Assembly (NCBI GenBank): GCA_039096225.1 | Contig: JBBPEB010000011.1 | Location: 496,001-560,000 of the forward strand | Origin: Blastocystis sp. Blastoise | Taxonomy: Eukaryota > Protista > Bigyra: Opalinata | Length of the DNA stretch: 64,000 nucleotides | Direction of reading: 5' to 3' | Shown: positions 1-14,919 of the stretch, piece after piece | Layout: each line of letters begins with the position of its first letter | How positions within the stretch are numbered: the first letter of the stretch is position 1 | Made by a program: the position numbers and the translations under genes | Notes under the pieces: model-generated | What the model was told of the DNA's origin: nothing | The model's input: the letters and a program-made list of their open reading frames with translations, nothing else | Database searches by the model: none

Positions 1-1220
1 AATATAACCGCGGGACTGGAATGAATCACGAAGTGTAGGTTGAGAATACACAAGATTATTAATCACAGTAATAGTATTACACATAATCACGTGATCTTCT
101 TTATAGTTTATAGAGCTAAATGCAAGATTCACAATATCATTATAATATACCGATATAATTGTACATATATCTTTATTAGTAAGTAGATTAGCAACAGTAG
201 CTAAAACAAAAGGTAATAATTCTTTTGAAATAGGAGAAGTAATAACCGATAGAATACTATTTAATAACTCCTTCTTCTTACCAATAGCAGATACAATAGA
301 AGCTATATATAGATAGATAATAATATATATATAATCAATATTAAAAATAATATATATATAATCAATATTGAAAATAATATATATATATATATACCATCTC
401 TAGTAATCATAGCTAAACATTTATATAAATGTATATAAATATCTTCTGAAGGATCTCTATAGATACCAAATAAACTCATAAAAGTATCAGGAATAGTATA
501 TATATATTTTGAAGCTTCTATATAAAAGTATAATAATAATAATTATAATAATAATTAAATATATATATATATATACCTGATTGATCTTTGAATGTTAAAC
601 CTAATAATTGAAGATATAATTTTGTAATTTCAAGATTTTTAAAATGAGTACGTATCTTATTATTAATAGTACCAAATAATTGGATGAAATCATCATAAAA
701 TATAACAGAATATTCTATAGATAAGTATTATAAGTATAATAATAATAATAATAATAATAGACATAATAAAATTAATAAACATAATATATATATATATATA
801 TATATATACCCATAGTAACAAAGTTGGTAAGAGCAAGAAGAAGAGGTAATATAATATCTTCTTCATTAGTTTGATATAAGGTATCTTCTATTTTACGTAA
901 AGCAGGGCTATCCAATATAAATAAAGTAATTGACTCTATATATAATTATATTATGTTTATTATTATATTAATAAAATAATAAATATATAATAAAAAGAAA
1001 ACTCTTAAAATCTTTAAAAAAATGAAAAAAAAAATTAAATTTATAATATATATATATATACTATCACTAAAGAAATGGCTAAGTGTATAAGAAGCTAAAG
1101 TAACAAGAGTAACATCTTCATATATATATTTTGACATAGTATCTGTCATCATACGTAAATATTTCTCTTGAATTAATTCATTCAAATGAAATACATTCTC
1201 AGGAGACACTAAAGGATCTA

Positions 1221-1252
<32 letters not shown>

Positions 1253-2310
1253 TAATAATAATATTAGAATAATAAAAGTATAAAAAAGAATATTTAATAA
1301 TTAATAATAAAAGAATAATTTATAATATAAGAATAAATAAGAATATAAGAATAAATAATAATAATAAAAATATAATTAATAATAATAATAAAATATACCA
1401 GTATATAATAATTCTGTAATAAATAAAATTAATATTTTTAATACTTGTTTTCCTTCAGGAAGAGAAGTATTCTTATATTTATTATATAAGTAATTTAATT
1501 GAGCAGGAAGTGTATTTTCATTTACATCTTGAGCTGTTTCTAATTCGGGTATCAAATCAGGCTCTATAATATATATATATATAATAATTACAAATAAAAT
1601 AATTACAAATAAAATAATAAATAATAAAAAACAAATAACAATAATTAGAAAAAAAAATATTTCTATACCAAATTGAAGCAAGGCCATAAGAACTTTAAAT
1701 AAACGAATAAGACATATAGGTTCATTTTTAAGTTCATCAATCATAGCCATTAACGCAAGTGAACCATCAGTCATTAAAGATTGAGTACAACGTAATGCTA
1801 TAATAAGTATAAATAGAAAATAAATAGAATCTATATATCAGCATACCAATAATAGAAGTATCTATTCCAGAAAAAGAAGGTAAAGCCTATAAAAAAAACG
1901 ATTAAAACAAATTATTTAAAGAAATAGCAAATACGGGAGGATTGTAAAGTTCAATGATTTGTCCAGGAACATATAAATACCAGCAAAGCTTATTTTCAGG
2001 AGATAAATCAATGCCTTTATATCTTAGTAAAATATTATCACGAACATCAACGAGTTTATCGGTCTAGAGATAATTTATTATTGGTTAGAAACTCATGTAT
2101 TCACAAAAATCAAAAGATAGAATAAATATACAGACAAAAAAAGTCTTAAGAGATCAATAATTCGACTAATTTTATAACTTGGGTCGACATTATGCTTATA
2201 AATTGTGTTGAATTTTACAACAAGAAATGTAACTTCGATTTGAACCATCTTCTTATTTGTTTTAAAACAAAAATACTAATAATTTGGATCAGTTTTCTAT
2301 TTCTCCTCAT
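1..2310 (-). CDS. Multi-exon host gene of unknown function, 3' part runs off the window
   Basis: Series of short GC-richer exons bounded by GT..AG around (TA)n introns, e.g. TDKLVDVRDNILLRYKGIDLSPENKLCWYLYVPGQIIELYNPP, LRCTQSLMTDGSLALMAMIDELKNEP, PLVSPENVFHLNELIQEKYLR; includes ORF-track 946..1209 and 1376..1774. Start codon uncertain. Confidence 0.6.
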
Positions 2311-2467
2311 GAATAAAAAAATCTAAAAAAAAGTGTTTGCATTTCGCACAAGAAAATTGTTTTCTCATGGTTATTCCTTATTTATCCTCTTTATTTTAAA
2401 ATTTTCAGAAAAACAAAATATTTTTAAATTTCTAGAAAAATTGAATCTGTACATAAAGAAATAAACA

Positions 2468-2867
2468 TGGTATTTCTTACAAACACAGTTGAATTTTATA
2501 TTTTTTTCATTAAAGAAATTTTTTTTTATTTTTTTTAAATATAGAAGCCTATTATGGTAATTTGTTCATTATATTCCCTTTTTTATTAAGCCTCATATAG
2601 TCTTCCGACGTAACGTTTTCGTCAAATATTAATATTTCATTAAAAGAATCTAATACTCAAGCTAATGATAGTAATATGGAACTCCCTAAAATGGATTCTA
2701 TAGATTGGGTTGTTAATCATTATAGAGATTATTATGCATCCAATTTAATACATGAAGAAACGTTATGTTACACATCGATTTCAGAGCATAAATCCATTGG
2801 CAGAGTACGACATGAAATGATAAATAGAATTATGAATCCATCAGCAAAATTTGATACTTCAAATTAA
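2468..2867 (+). CDS. SF3B5: SF3B5/SF3b10-like splicing factor (divergent N-terminus)
   Basis: DWVVNHYRDYYAS...LCYTSISEHKSIGRVRHEMINRIMNP aligns by eye to SF3B5 EWLVNQHRDSYCS...LNYFAIAENESKARVRFNLMEKMLQP. The two small upstream exons (ATG 2468) are inferred from GT-AG sites. Confidence 0.6.
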
Positions 2868-4042
2868 CTTTTAATTGTAGACTCACACCAGTTTCATCTT
2901 TTCTACTTTTTCTATTTTTTTATATAATATATATATATATTTTAATAATTTATGTGTATTTATATTTTTAATAATGAAATATATATATATATGTATATAT
3001 TATAATTAACTTGTTCTAATTCATTATTGTTTTCAATTTGTTTAGTTAAATGAATTTAATTGCACTATCAGCGATTTCCATGAATAAAAATGGCCTTCTT
3101 TGTCACGTTTTGCTTTTTGGATTTAAGATTTTTTCAGAACAATTAAACAAGGAAAAAAAATACCCTCCACAGAATAAACAACAAAAAGCATAAAAAAACC
3201 CAATGAAGATTTTTAGTATATACACGATGATTATTTTTGGTCGCTCTTTGAATAATTAATTTAAAAACTATTTAATGATTTAAATTTATCTTTGTTATTT
3301 TCATAAACTACTCTATACGCAACTATGGCTTTAACCATTATAACAAAAATTAGAAAACAAAACGAGTAAATTGTAAATAAATTCTAATTGTGAAATAACA
3401 TTAAAACATTTTTTTAAATCTATCTACTGGTGGTAATTACTTCTGTCTATAAATACTCTATATAAAAAAAATAAGTTAGAATTATTCAAATCAATAAATA
3501 GTTATACATACCTAATTCACATCGTTAAAGATAGCTGTCATTTCAATGCACGTTACAATTTATATGAAGCAACTAAAGAAAGGGATATTGATAGTTAATT
3601 AAATAATAGTAACAAAGAATTATAGAAATACGAAACAAAATACTTGCTACCCTTGAATAATCAAACACCTGACATTCTATATAAAAAGATGTTATGATAT
3701 TTTACAACATTATATACATTAACAAGATAATTGATTCGAAAATTGATAGACACCTAGACACAATAATACTTTAATACTGTTTAAAAGTAAAATACATTTT
3801 CAAAGAGTATAGTTATTGAATATGTTCATTGATATTTTTGTTGTGAGATAAACAAAGCAATAAAATAAAATATGAATGTATGGTGTAAAACAAAAAATAA
3901 AGTCAGCATAAAAATATATTCTATTAAAAATACTTAGCCAATCATTTTAATATAAATCAAAAGAATTATAGTGTAGAAGATAAATAGCCAATCATTATGA
4001 AATAGAATAAAGGAATAAAGAAAAATAGAATAATTCAAAGAT

Positions 4043-4829
4043 TTATCCTGAGAATGGTAGAATCTCTTGGCATTTCTGCAAATTGTTTATTATTGTTTCA
4101 TAATGTATATATGTATAAGAACTTGTATTTGGAAAAGGACTAATTGGAATCCATTTGCCAAACTAAAAATAAAGAATATTATATAAAAGAATGATAAAAG
4201 AAACGTATAAAAGCATACAATCTCAGAGGATCCTGAGTCATGTATTTCTATTTCTCTATCTAAATGAAACCCAAAGAATTGAGGAAACGAGCCTTTTCGA
4301 CGACGATTAGTAATACATTCACGAACACAAACCATTATAATTTCATCACTATAATTATCTTGTTTCTCATATGTATGCAAATAAAGACGAGCAAGACGAC
4401 AAATATATATGTAGACCTCTGACTCATGATCTAAACATATATTATTCTTTTTTAATGTAAACATGGATTTTGCATTTTTTCGTATAGCTTCAGGTAAGCA
4501 AAAAGGAATTACCTTTATTATAGTCTATTGAATTAAACATTATATATGTATACAATAAATACTTTTAATTTATTTGAATTCAACTTCTTGTTTCTAAATG
4601 GAATATCTCTTTTAATGGAAAGTCTTCTTATCATAGCCTCACATTCTATAAAAACATCTGAGCAACGAATAGTCTTTTCTAAATAATTATTACCAAAGAA
4701 TTAAATTGAAATACCATTTGTCTCTTCACCTTTTAATTCGTTAAAATAATGTTCGATAGCTTTATAGATATCTTCTTGAAGACTATCAATTTTATTTCTT
4801 TCTAATGAAGATAAAGTAGATGATTCCAT
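4043..4829 (-). CDS. Second transposon gene (4 exons, ~218 aa), candidate TnpA-like accessory protein
   Basis: Four exons splice in frame via GT-AG introns (MESSTLSS...; KTIRCSDVF...; TIIKVIPFCLPEAIRK...VRECITNRRRKG...; FGKWIPISPF...PFSG*). Head-to-head with the transposase, ~200 bp away. Function is inferred from position only. Confidence 0.65.
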
Positions 4830-5026
4830 GAAAAAGAAAGTAAAAGAAAAAATATATATGAAAACCGTGATAATAATCAGTAAAATTCTACAGAAGAAAT
4901 GAATTTTATTTTTTTTAATAAACATTTTTCATAGTATTTGTTATAATGAATAATTATAGACATAAGATATCTAATAAGAAGAAATCAGGAATAAATAGTA
5001 AGATATAAAAATAAGAAATAACATTA

Positions 5027-8000
5027 ATGATCATAGCAACATTATTATCTGAGAGACATGACACTTATCATAGATCAACTACCTTGATTGCAGATGAAAT
5101 CAACAATGTGAATATTTCTTTAAATAATGAGAATACACCAATTGAGATAGAAAATGGTGATATTATAAGGCAGATCATGCAACTCATCTTATCACAAAAA
5201 GTATACGGTTTATATTAATATATATATAATATATACCTCTCTTTTAATATAAGCCATTATTATATTTCTTCAACACAATACCTACTAATCATTTTATCTA
5301 GATAATTCATGAGAAAGTGAGTACAAAAGAGGATGCCATGAATGACCTAATTTTTGAGTGTTGGAGAAAACTAGGTATTAGCTTTCAAAAAGTAGCAAAT
5401 TTGTATGAATTAATAAATAATTTAATAAGCGAATTTGACATTGATCTTCCTATATTAACAATACCCAAATGCTCACAAAATATTGTAAGAAAATATGTTA
5501 GAAATTCTATATATAAGCCTCTTCATATAAATATATTTTCATGTAATAAGTGTCATGTAATACATACATATAATACAATACAAGCATATCCATTATTTAA
5601 AGATATAACATGTAGTAATCCTATATGCAACGGAAATATATGTATATATTTCTAGAAGTAGTTATATATATATATATATATATCACAAAACATTATATAA
5701 TTCTTATATAGGTAACAAACAAGTTATTATTCCACTAATTCCCCGACTTCAAGCCATACTTTCATCTCCATATTATATACAAGATATTGAATTTTATCGA
5801 AAAGATGAGATAGAACAAATATATAGTAGTCTTAATAATAGTAACCTAGATTCAATGATTCAAAATATACCAAATTACATGCTAGGAATGAATTATAAAT
5901 CATATCTTAGAGATTGTGCCAATAATGGTGATATCATTTTATCATTCAACGTTACTACAGACGGTATATCGATGTTTGATAAGGCTGTTACTAAGCAGAA
6001 TAGTTCTTCAAACCCAATTTTGATCCAATTATTAAATTATAAGAAATTTAGAAAGTACGATAAAAGAGAGTTCTATATGTATACTTGCGTAGATGAGCCT
6101 TCTATTGACTTATGCCTTGATATACTGATGGCTGAATTCAAGTTACTCCAAGCTGGAATAAACATGGATATTTATCTTGATGGGAGATTACAGAATAGGA
6201 AAGTAGTTGGCATATTAATTAATACATTTGGAGATTCTGCAGCATTATCTCATGTAGGTAAATTTTTAGGTCCATCATCTACATATCCTTGTAGATTTTG
6301 CGATATGCAAAGCGATAAGCATGCTGAACTATTACATGAAGGTATGAAGTGTTCCTATTCTCATGTATCTATATCAGTTCAAAAGTCGAATACTGGAGTC
6401 CATATATATATTCCATGTTATCAGTTTCTTCTTAAATGGATTAATAAAACGAATACTTATATAAATAGTAAACCATATATCATGTACAAATCCTTTTCGA
6501 AGAGTTGTAAGTTATATGAAGATTCATTTACTAATATTAGATACAATCCATATTCTAAAGAAGTAATTACTGAAATAAGAAGTAGTAATAATGATAATCC
6601 ATCCTACAATAAAGGAATAAAAAAGGTAAGAAGTACTTCTGAACAACTTAGCTACTTTAATCCTTCAACATCATTTCCATTAGATACTATGCATCTTTTT
6701 GGAAATGTTTGTAATACTTTATTAAGTTTATTATTTGGATTCAAGAAGGAAAATAAAAATAAAAGTAAGAAGAAGGAAGAAAGTAATAAAAGTAAGAAGA
6801 AGAAAGAAAGTAATAAAGGTAAGAAGAGGAAAAATAGTAATAAAGGTAAGAAGAAGAAAGATAGTAATAAATGTAATATGAAGGAAGATAGTAATGAAAG
6901 TAATATGAAGGAAGATAGTAATATGAAGGAAGATAGTAATGTAAGTAATATGAAGGAAGATCAATCGAATAAAAAGACATCCTCAAATGAAAAAGAAAAT
7001 GATAATACTAAAGAAAACCAGAGGAAACCATTTGAACTAAACCCAACAAATAAAAGCATTTTGGAAACACGTATCTCAGCAGTTAATAGTATATATGGGG
7101 ATTGTGAATACCAGTTTCGTTATATACTAGATGAAACAATGTTCAACAAAATAAATACACACACGAAAATATTTTTCGTTTCTAAAATATTACCATTAAT
7201 ATTATATGATTTTAATTCAAAAGACAGTCCTATAATACCTCTTTTCGAATTATTAGCTTCTATTATTCATGATTGCCATATATATAAAGCGAATGATATC
7301 GAAGACTTGGAAATGCTTGAAAAGAAATGTTTTACATTCACATTTCTCTGTGAGCTTATACTGCCAAAGCAATTAATTACATCTCAAATACATTCTATCC
7401 AGCACTTGGTCTCATGTTTAAGAAATACAGGAAGCTTATCAGTAACATCAACTTGGAAATCAGAATCATATTATTCTAAAATTAAGCACTCATCTCATTC
7501 TCGCAATGAATTTAATATTTCCTGCTGCATGTCATCAATAACCAAAGAAACAATTTTAGTATCTAATGATCATCAAGGAAGATCCAATAACAGAAACGAA
7601 ATAAGTAATATATCTCAACCATGTGAAGATATGCAACATGATAAGAATACTATTTACTATAATCCTGTTGGAAACAATAAAACATATATATATTCTGCTA
7701 GTTGTTCTCATTATTCTGAACCGATAGAGATGCCAGATAAAGTACTTTTCCAGTTTCTCAAAATAATTCTTGAAGAAGGATCTCAAACACTTATTAATTA
7801 TCTAATAGATGGTATTATTGGTTGGACAGGAGAAAATAGAAATTATAATTTAAACTTATTTATAGAAAATAATTTTCATCAGTTGAAGGATAATTATAAT
7901 AAACTATCTGTTAGTTTCTATGATAGAATCCTTGTTAATAACAAACTTATATATACAACCAGCCAAGTTGATGATGGTGTACATAGAATAGATAATTCAT

Positions 8001-8278
8001 ACTTGATATATTATGAAAAAGAAAATAATCATCAGCCACATCTTGTAAAGGCCTTAAAATATATAAAGGTGAATGATTCCATATTTGTAATGAATTACGA
8101 TTATGGTCCAGCATTATCATCTGCAACAGGATTATATTATCACTTTATGGACAGTCAAGGGTTTCAAGGATTCCAAAATATTAACATATTTCTTGCTTCA
8201 AACGTTTTAGTAATGGATATACATACAAATAAAACCCCTGATGACATTCTTTGTGAAGTATATACTTATATTAATTAA
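5027..8278 (+). CDS. CACTA/En-Spm transposase (TnpD-like); exons 5027-5200, 5302-5641, 5712-8278; ~1026 aa
   Basis: Exons join in frame. Motifs: CxxC..C..C zinc region, IPLIPRLQ, TTDG (D1), GDSAA (D2), YPCRFC, PLDTMH, QIHSIQHL, WKSES (E), as in CACTA DDE transposases. Confidence 0.9.
6745..6965 (+). repeat. Coding tandem repeat inside the transposase (27-bp KSKKKEESN-type units, then NMKEDS units)
   Basis: Visible aagtaagaagaa..aagtaataa and taatatgaaggaagatag repeats; reading frame is preserved. Confidence 0.85.
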
Positions 8279-10579
8279 TAATAAATAATAATATATTCAT
8301 ATTAGTATCATAATAAATACATCGTATGTATATTAGTAATAGTTATTTAGTATCATTTTTTATATTTCATTGTGTAGATAAATCTTTTAATTACTAATAT
8401 AATAATTATTATAATGAATTCATTTTACTTTTATATATATTTAATTATCAGAATGATTACCTTCATCTTTATATGCATATATATATTCTTAATACTAATT
8501 ATTTATATATTATTAACTATAAAAAATTTTGTCAAATAATATCTTTTATTGTTTCTATACTTTATTCTTCTTTATATAGGAAAAACAAACCAAAGAAAAG
8601 ACTATCCAAAGGTCTACGTTGACAGTAACTTCAGAAGATGTTTATACTTATACAACATTTATACCAAAAGACTACATGCATGTGAATGGGTACATTTCCA
8701 TGTAAATACTTATAAAATTATATGTATAATCGTATTTAAACTTTGACTTTTTTATAATTTATATTTTTAATGTATAATTTCATACATATTATCTCTTATA
8801 ATCACTTTTTGGTTGTTCTTGTTATTAATGAATTTCATAACATAAAAGCAGATCATAGTAGGTTTTTCTAACTTAATTCAACTTCATAATAGTTAAAATT
8901 ACAGTGAATAAATGTTTTAAATAATACATAAAAAAATGTTCAAATTCATATCTATTTACAACTTTTTTCACCAATAATCTATATATATGAAGCAATAATC
9001 ATCGAACTTTTCAAGTATCTAATATTATATCGAATAATATATATATTATATTGATTTGTACTAAATTCATTCATATTTACTGAATATATCCTTATTTCAT
9101 TGTATTTTTCTATCCATAATAATAAAGCATCTTATTTAAAAACTATTACATGTTCTATTCAAAATAGAATGAGCATAGACTTATTTAATTTAATCTTCTA
9201 AATTCTCATATATTTTTTTAAATGTTTAATATATAATCCTATTTTATTGTTATTAATTCATAAAGTAATTATTACAGTAATATATGTTTTCTATATATTT
9301 TACTAAACCATTTTCAATAACCATATTAGTAGATCTTTTGTTACTAATAAATGAAATATTAATGGCAAACCATAATGAGTAATATATGATTTTTGTATGA
9401 ACAGTCATATGATGAGAGTAAGAAAAGAGATAGAAGAAAAAATAATTAAAAGGAGAATCTGCATAGCAATACTATATTATAATCTCATTAATCTATAGTA
9501 TTATTAGTAGTAATAATAGACATTCATTGATAGTTGTGATAGAACTATTTATGATCTAAGATCAGTAGAGGTTATAAAGAAAGTAATAGTACTTCAAGTA
9601 TTATTACTTATGGTATTCTTTCTTTAAAGATATGATTACGAAAACCGAATTACATATTGATATCATAACATTTTTGGTATTTAAATTAATTTAAAAACTG
9701 TTAGTAAAGGAGGTACAATCATTTAATGACATAGCATAATATTTTAATTGATTCAAAATGTAAGAGAAATTAGAAAACAAGAATAGAAAACATAATTATA
9801 ATCTTATCATTGTTCTTATTAATAACTACTATTATACGTAGTATTAGGAGAAGAAAGAGGAAAAATATAAAAGGTATTGCATAGTAGTATATTCCAAATA
9901 TATAAGTATTAACAATATTAGAAGCAATAGACAGAAAAAGGATTTGGTGTATAATAGTTTAAGTAGCAGAATATCATTAGTATTAGATATAGTATTATTG
10001 GAATAAGAATGTAAAAAGACATGACACATATAAAATATCTTTAATATCATTACAACTAGACATAATAATAACGGTAGTAGTAGCACAAAATATTTCTATT
10101 ATATTTAAGAATTCTTATAATTATTATGAGCATGCGTATTATAACGAAAACAAGAAGAAAATTGTAGGAGTTTAGTAATAGTAGTAGTGTCATCATCAGC
10201 TTATTATATAAAAATACAAGGAGACATAACAGTATGGGTATGTTCTAACAAGAGGAAGATTATTTTGAAGAAATATTTGTATTACGATGAAAATATAATC
10301 AGTTGTTAGAATAAAAAGGCTTATACTAGTAATACTATTATACTTCATGATCTTCTGATTGTTATATAGAGAAGACTATTAATATTATTGATTCTTTATT
10401 AGTATTAGTATATGTACTATTATTTATAATCTTAGTATCTTAGTATTTGCATCCAAATTACTGATTCTTAATATAGCATTCATTCTTCTTCATGCTTTAT
10501 TATTATTCTTATTGTTAATACACTTGATATGACTTTTGTTTTTGTTATTAATAACTGTAATATACAGCAGTAATATATG

Positions 10580-13221
10580 GAAGTAATAATATTTAAGGAT
10601 GTAGTAATAATAGTATCATAAAGAAGTAATATTATCATAAAGAAGTAATAGTATCATAAAGAAGTAATAGTATTATAAAGAAGTAATAGTATTATAAAGA
10701 AGTAATAGTATTATAAAGAAGTAATAGTATCATAAAGAAATAAAAGTATTGTAAAGAAGTAATAGTATTGTACAGAAGTAATATTATTATAAGGAAGTAG
10801 TTACATTATAAGGAAGTAATAATATTATAAGTAAGTAGTTAAATTATAAGTAAGTAATATTATAATGAAGTAGTAATATTATTATTATAAGTAAGTAGTA
10901 ACATTATAAGTTATATTATTAAAATGAAGTAATAATATTGTAATGAAGTAATATTATAAGTAAGTAGTAATAATATTATTATAAGTAAATGGTAACATTA
11001 TAAGTTATATTATTATAATGAAGTCATAGTATTATAAGGAAGTCATATTATAATGAAGTAATAATATTATAAGGAAGTAATAATATTATAAGGAATTAAT
11101 ATTATTATAAGTAAGTAGTAATAATATTATTATAAGTAAGTAATAATATTATAATGAAGTAATAGTATTATATAGATGTAATAATATTATAAGGAAGTAA
11201 TAGTATTATAAGGAAGTAATAATAATATAAGTAAGTAGTAATAATATTATTATAAGGAAGTAATAATATTATGAGGAAGTAATAGTATTGTAAAGAAGTC
11301 ATAGTATTATAAGGAAGTAATAGTATTATAATGAAGTAATAATATCATAAAGAAGTAATATTATTATAAAGAAGTAATCTTATTATAAAGAAGTAATAGT
11401 ATTATAAGGAAGTAATAGTATTATAAGGAAGTAATAATATTATGAGGAAGTAATAATATTATCATAAGTACTAACATTATAAGTTATATTATTATAGGTA
11501 AGTAATAATATTATAAGTAAGTAGTAACATTATAAAGAAGTAGTAACATTATAAAGAAGTAGTAACATTATAAAGAAGTAGTAACATTATAAAGAAGTAT
11601 TAATATTATAAAGAAGTAATAATATTATAAGGAAGTAATAGTATTATAAGGAAATAATAGTATTATGAGGAAGTAATAATATTATAAGTAAGTAGTAATA
11701 ATATTATAAGTACTGACATTATAAGTTATAATATTATAAGGAAGTAATAGTATTATGAGGAAGTAATAGTATTATGAGGAAGTAATAGTATTATAAGAAA
11801 GTAATAGTATTATAAGAAAGTAATAGTATTATGAGGAAGTAATAGTATTATGAGGAAGTAATAGTATTATAAGGAAGTAATAGTATTATGAGGAAGTAAT
11901 AATATTATAATGAAGTAATAATATTATAAGTAAGTAGTAATAATATTATAAAGAAGTAATAATATTATAAGGAAATAATAATATTATGAGGAAGTAATAG
12001 TATTATAAAGAAGTAATAGTATTATAAGGAAGTAATAGTATTATAAGGAAGTAATAATATTATAAGGAAGTAATAATATTATAAGTAAGTAGTAATAATA
12101 TTATAAGTACTAACATTATAAGTTATAATATTATAAAGAAGTAATAATATTATAAGGAAGTAATAATATTATAAGTAAGTAATAATATTATAAGTAAGTA
12201 GTAATAATATTATAAAGAAGTAATAGTATTATGAGGAAGTAATAGTATTATAAGGAAGTAATAGTATTATAAGTACTAACATTATAAGTTATATTATTAT
12301 AAGTAAGTAATAATATTATGAGGAAGTAATAGTATTATGAGGAAGTAATAGTATTATAAGTACTAACATTATAAGTTATATTATTATAAGTAAGTAATAA
12401 TATTATAAGTAAGTAATAATATTATAAGGAAGTAATAGTATTATAAGTAAGTAATAATATTATAAGGAAGTAATAATACTATAAGTACTAACATTATAAG
12501 TTATATTATTATAAGTAAGTAATATTATTATAGGAAAGTAATAATATTATAAGTAAGTAGTAACATTATAAGGAAGTAATAATATTATAAAGAAGTAATA
12601 ATAATATGAGGAAGTAATAATATTATGAGGAATTAATATTATCATAAGTAAGTAGTAATAATATAAGGAAGTAATAATATTATAAGGAATTAGTATTATC
12701 ATAAGTAAGTAGTAATAATATTATTATAAGTAAGTAGTAATATTATTATAGGAAAGTAATAATATTATAAGGAAGTAGTAGTAATAAGGAAGCAATTACA
12801 ATATTATTATAAAGAAGTTGTAATAATATTATAGGTAAGTAATATTATTATAGGTAAGTAATAATAGTATTATAGGAAAGTAATAATATTATAAGGAAGT
12901 AGTATTAATATTATTATAGGTAAGTAATAATATTACAGGTAAGTAATAATATTACAGGTAAGTAATAATATTATAGGTAAGTAATATTATTATAGGTAAA
13001 TAGTAATAATATTATAGGTAAGTAATAATATTATAGGTAAATAGTAATAATATTATAGGTAAGTAATAATATTATAGGTAAGTAATAATATTATAAGGAA
13101 GTAATAATATTATAAGGAAGTAGTAGTAATAATTTTATAGGTAAGTAATAATATTATAAGGAAGTAGTAGTAATAATAATAGTATAAGTAATAGTATTAT
13201 AAGGAAGTAATAATACTATTA
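10580..13221. repeat. ~2.6-kb minisatellite of ~19-bp units (GAAGTAATA[G/A]TATTATAAG) inside A1
   Basis: Direct tandem repetition with recurring variant units such as AAGTACTAACATTATAAGTTATA. Confidence 0.9.
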
Positions 13222-13488
13222 TTATCGCCAAAAAAGTTAATTTCATCATTCATATTATTCTTCTTAGTTATAACATTAATATAATTCTTATCATTATTAT
13301 AAGATAATATATTATTATTATAATTAGTACCTATAAGGCACTCATACTTATATTCTTATTATTTTCTTTACATGATTCTTTTTATTCTTATTATAATATC
13401 ATAAAATCTAGAAGTGAGAAATAAAATTATGAAAAGCAGAATCTATAGAATGTAAATAAATATTTCTGTGTAACGCTTGTAATAATAA

Positions 13489-13522
<34 letters not shown>

Positions 13523-13524
<2 letters not shown>

Positions 13525-14870
13525 TATATGTTTCAAGTGGATATTGAGTAGTTGATATATCTAATAGTAATTGAGAGCAGGCATGATCATTACAGAGATT
13601 AAGGAATATATCTAAGCAATTTTTAATAATCACTGTATTATCTTCCCAATAACGAAGGTTATTCAAAATTACATCGATTAAGTGATTTAATATATTACTC
13701 TTCTTACATCTAGACAAAAAATAAGATAAATCATCAATGCAATATTGATAAATTATTTATATATATATTTAATTTCTATCTATTAATACATAGCCAATAA
13801 ATATATATAATTGCTCTTTTCGAGAGGAATTCATATCAAGAAAGGTATCATCAGGAAGACGCTTCTTATTCTCATATATATATCTATATTTCTGAATTGT
13901 TCAAAGAAAATTTAATGATAATTCCATGTTGGAATTAATCCTACTAAATCAATTCTATATATATATATTTATACATATATATATATACTGTAAAAACGAA
14001 AGCAAAAACAAATGTAATAATATATAATAATATATATAATAATATATAATAACATATTATAATATAGTTTATATATATTTACGTTAAGTCAATAACTAGC
14101 ATTATGTTTAAGTTGAATAACTTCTGTACCTATTAATGATAGTTATTTTGAACCTGTGTTTGCTGAATACTTGATTAATAAAAACAGTAACAACAGTATT
14201 ACAAAACCACGAAAGACAGCCTATAAATAATTGTTTAAGAATATATATATTGCTCAATAATTGTTTTATTCGCCAATTCTTGATAATCTGTAGTATTTAC
14301 TCATACTTTAGAAAATTGATAAAGAAGGGTCTAGAAATACACGAGAATAGAAGTAATAAATATAATAATGAATATAAATATAAACGTATATTTAAATGCA
14401 AATATAAACAAAAAAAGAGATTATTATAATAATACTATATACATTATATTCTTCATTAAGAGGATCAAAGCAGTTACATATATATGTAGTATTCACTTAA
14501 AAAAATATCTGACTATTTGAGGTAATTGTTGCATTTCTATGGCTAAGCTTTCTGTATCACTAAGAGGGTTATTCATATCATCATCAACATAATCATCTAC
14601 ACTTTCCATTTTACCATTAATATATGCTTGTATTAATTGATGAACAGATTCATTAAAACAACTTGTATTATCAATATCTGAACCGATCTGAACATAACGT
14701 TCAGCACAAATCAGTCAACTCCATAAAGTAAGTAAATAACTAAAAGAATTACTACACCATTGCCAATTCTTAAAGGAATCAATAGTAAAATTTGTTAAAA
14801 GACGAATAAATTCACTATATCGTGGAGTTCTGAAAAGTTCTGATAACTGGAAATTAGCCTAAAGAAATAG

Positions 14871-14919
<49 letters not shown>

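Noticed and set aside
3400-3760. Third functional gene in the A elements
   Set aside because: Exon-like blocks with GT-AG borders exist, but one has stops in all three frames; at most a remnant.
6731-7786. Antisense ORFs within the transposase (also 60420..60668, 59105..59299, 63429..63614, 20855..21157)
   Set aside because: They are shadow ORFs overlapping better-supported genes.
10580-13221. CRISPR-like array
   Set aside because: Units are contiguous degenerate repeats without unique spacers; there are no cas genes and the context is eukaryotic.
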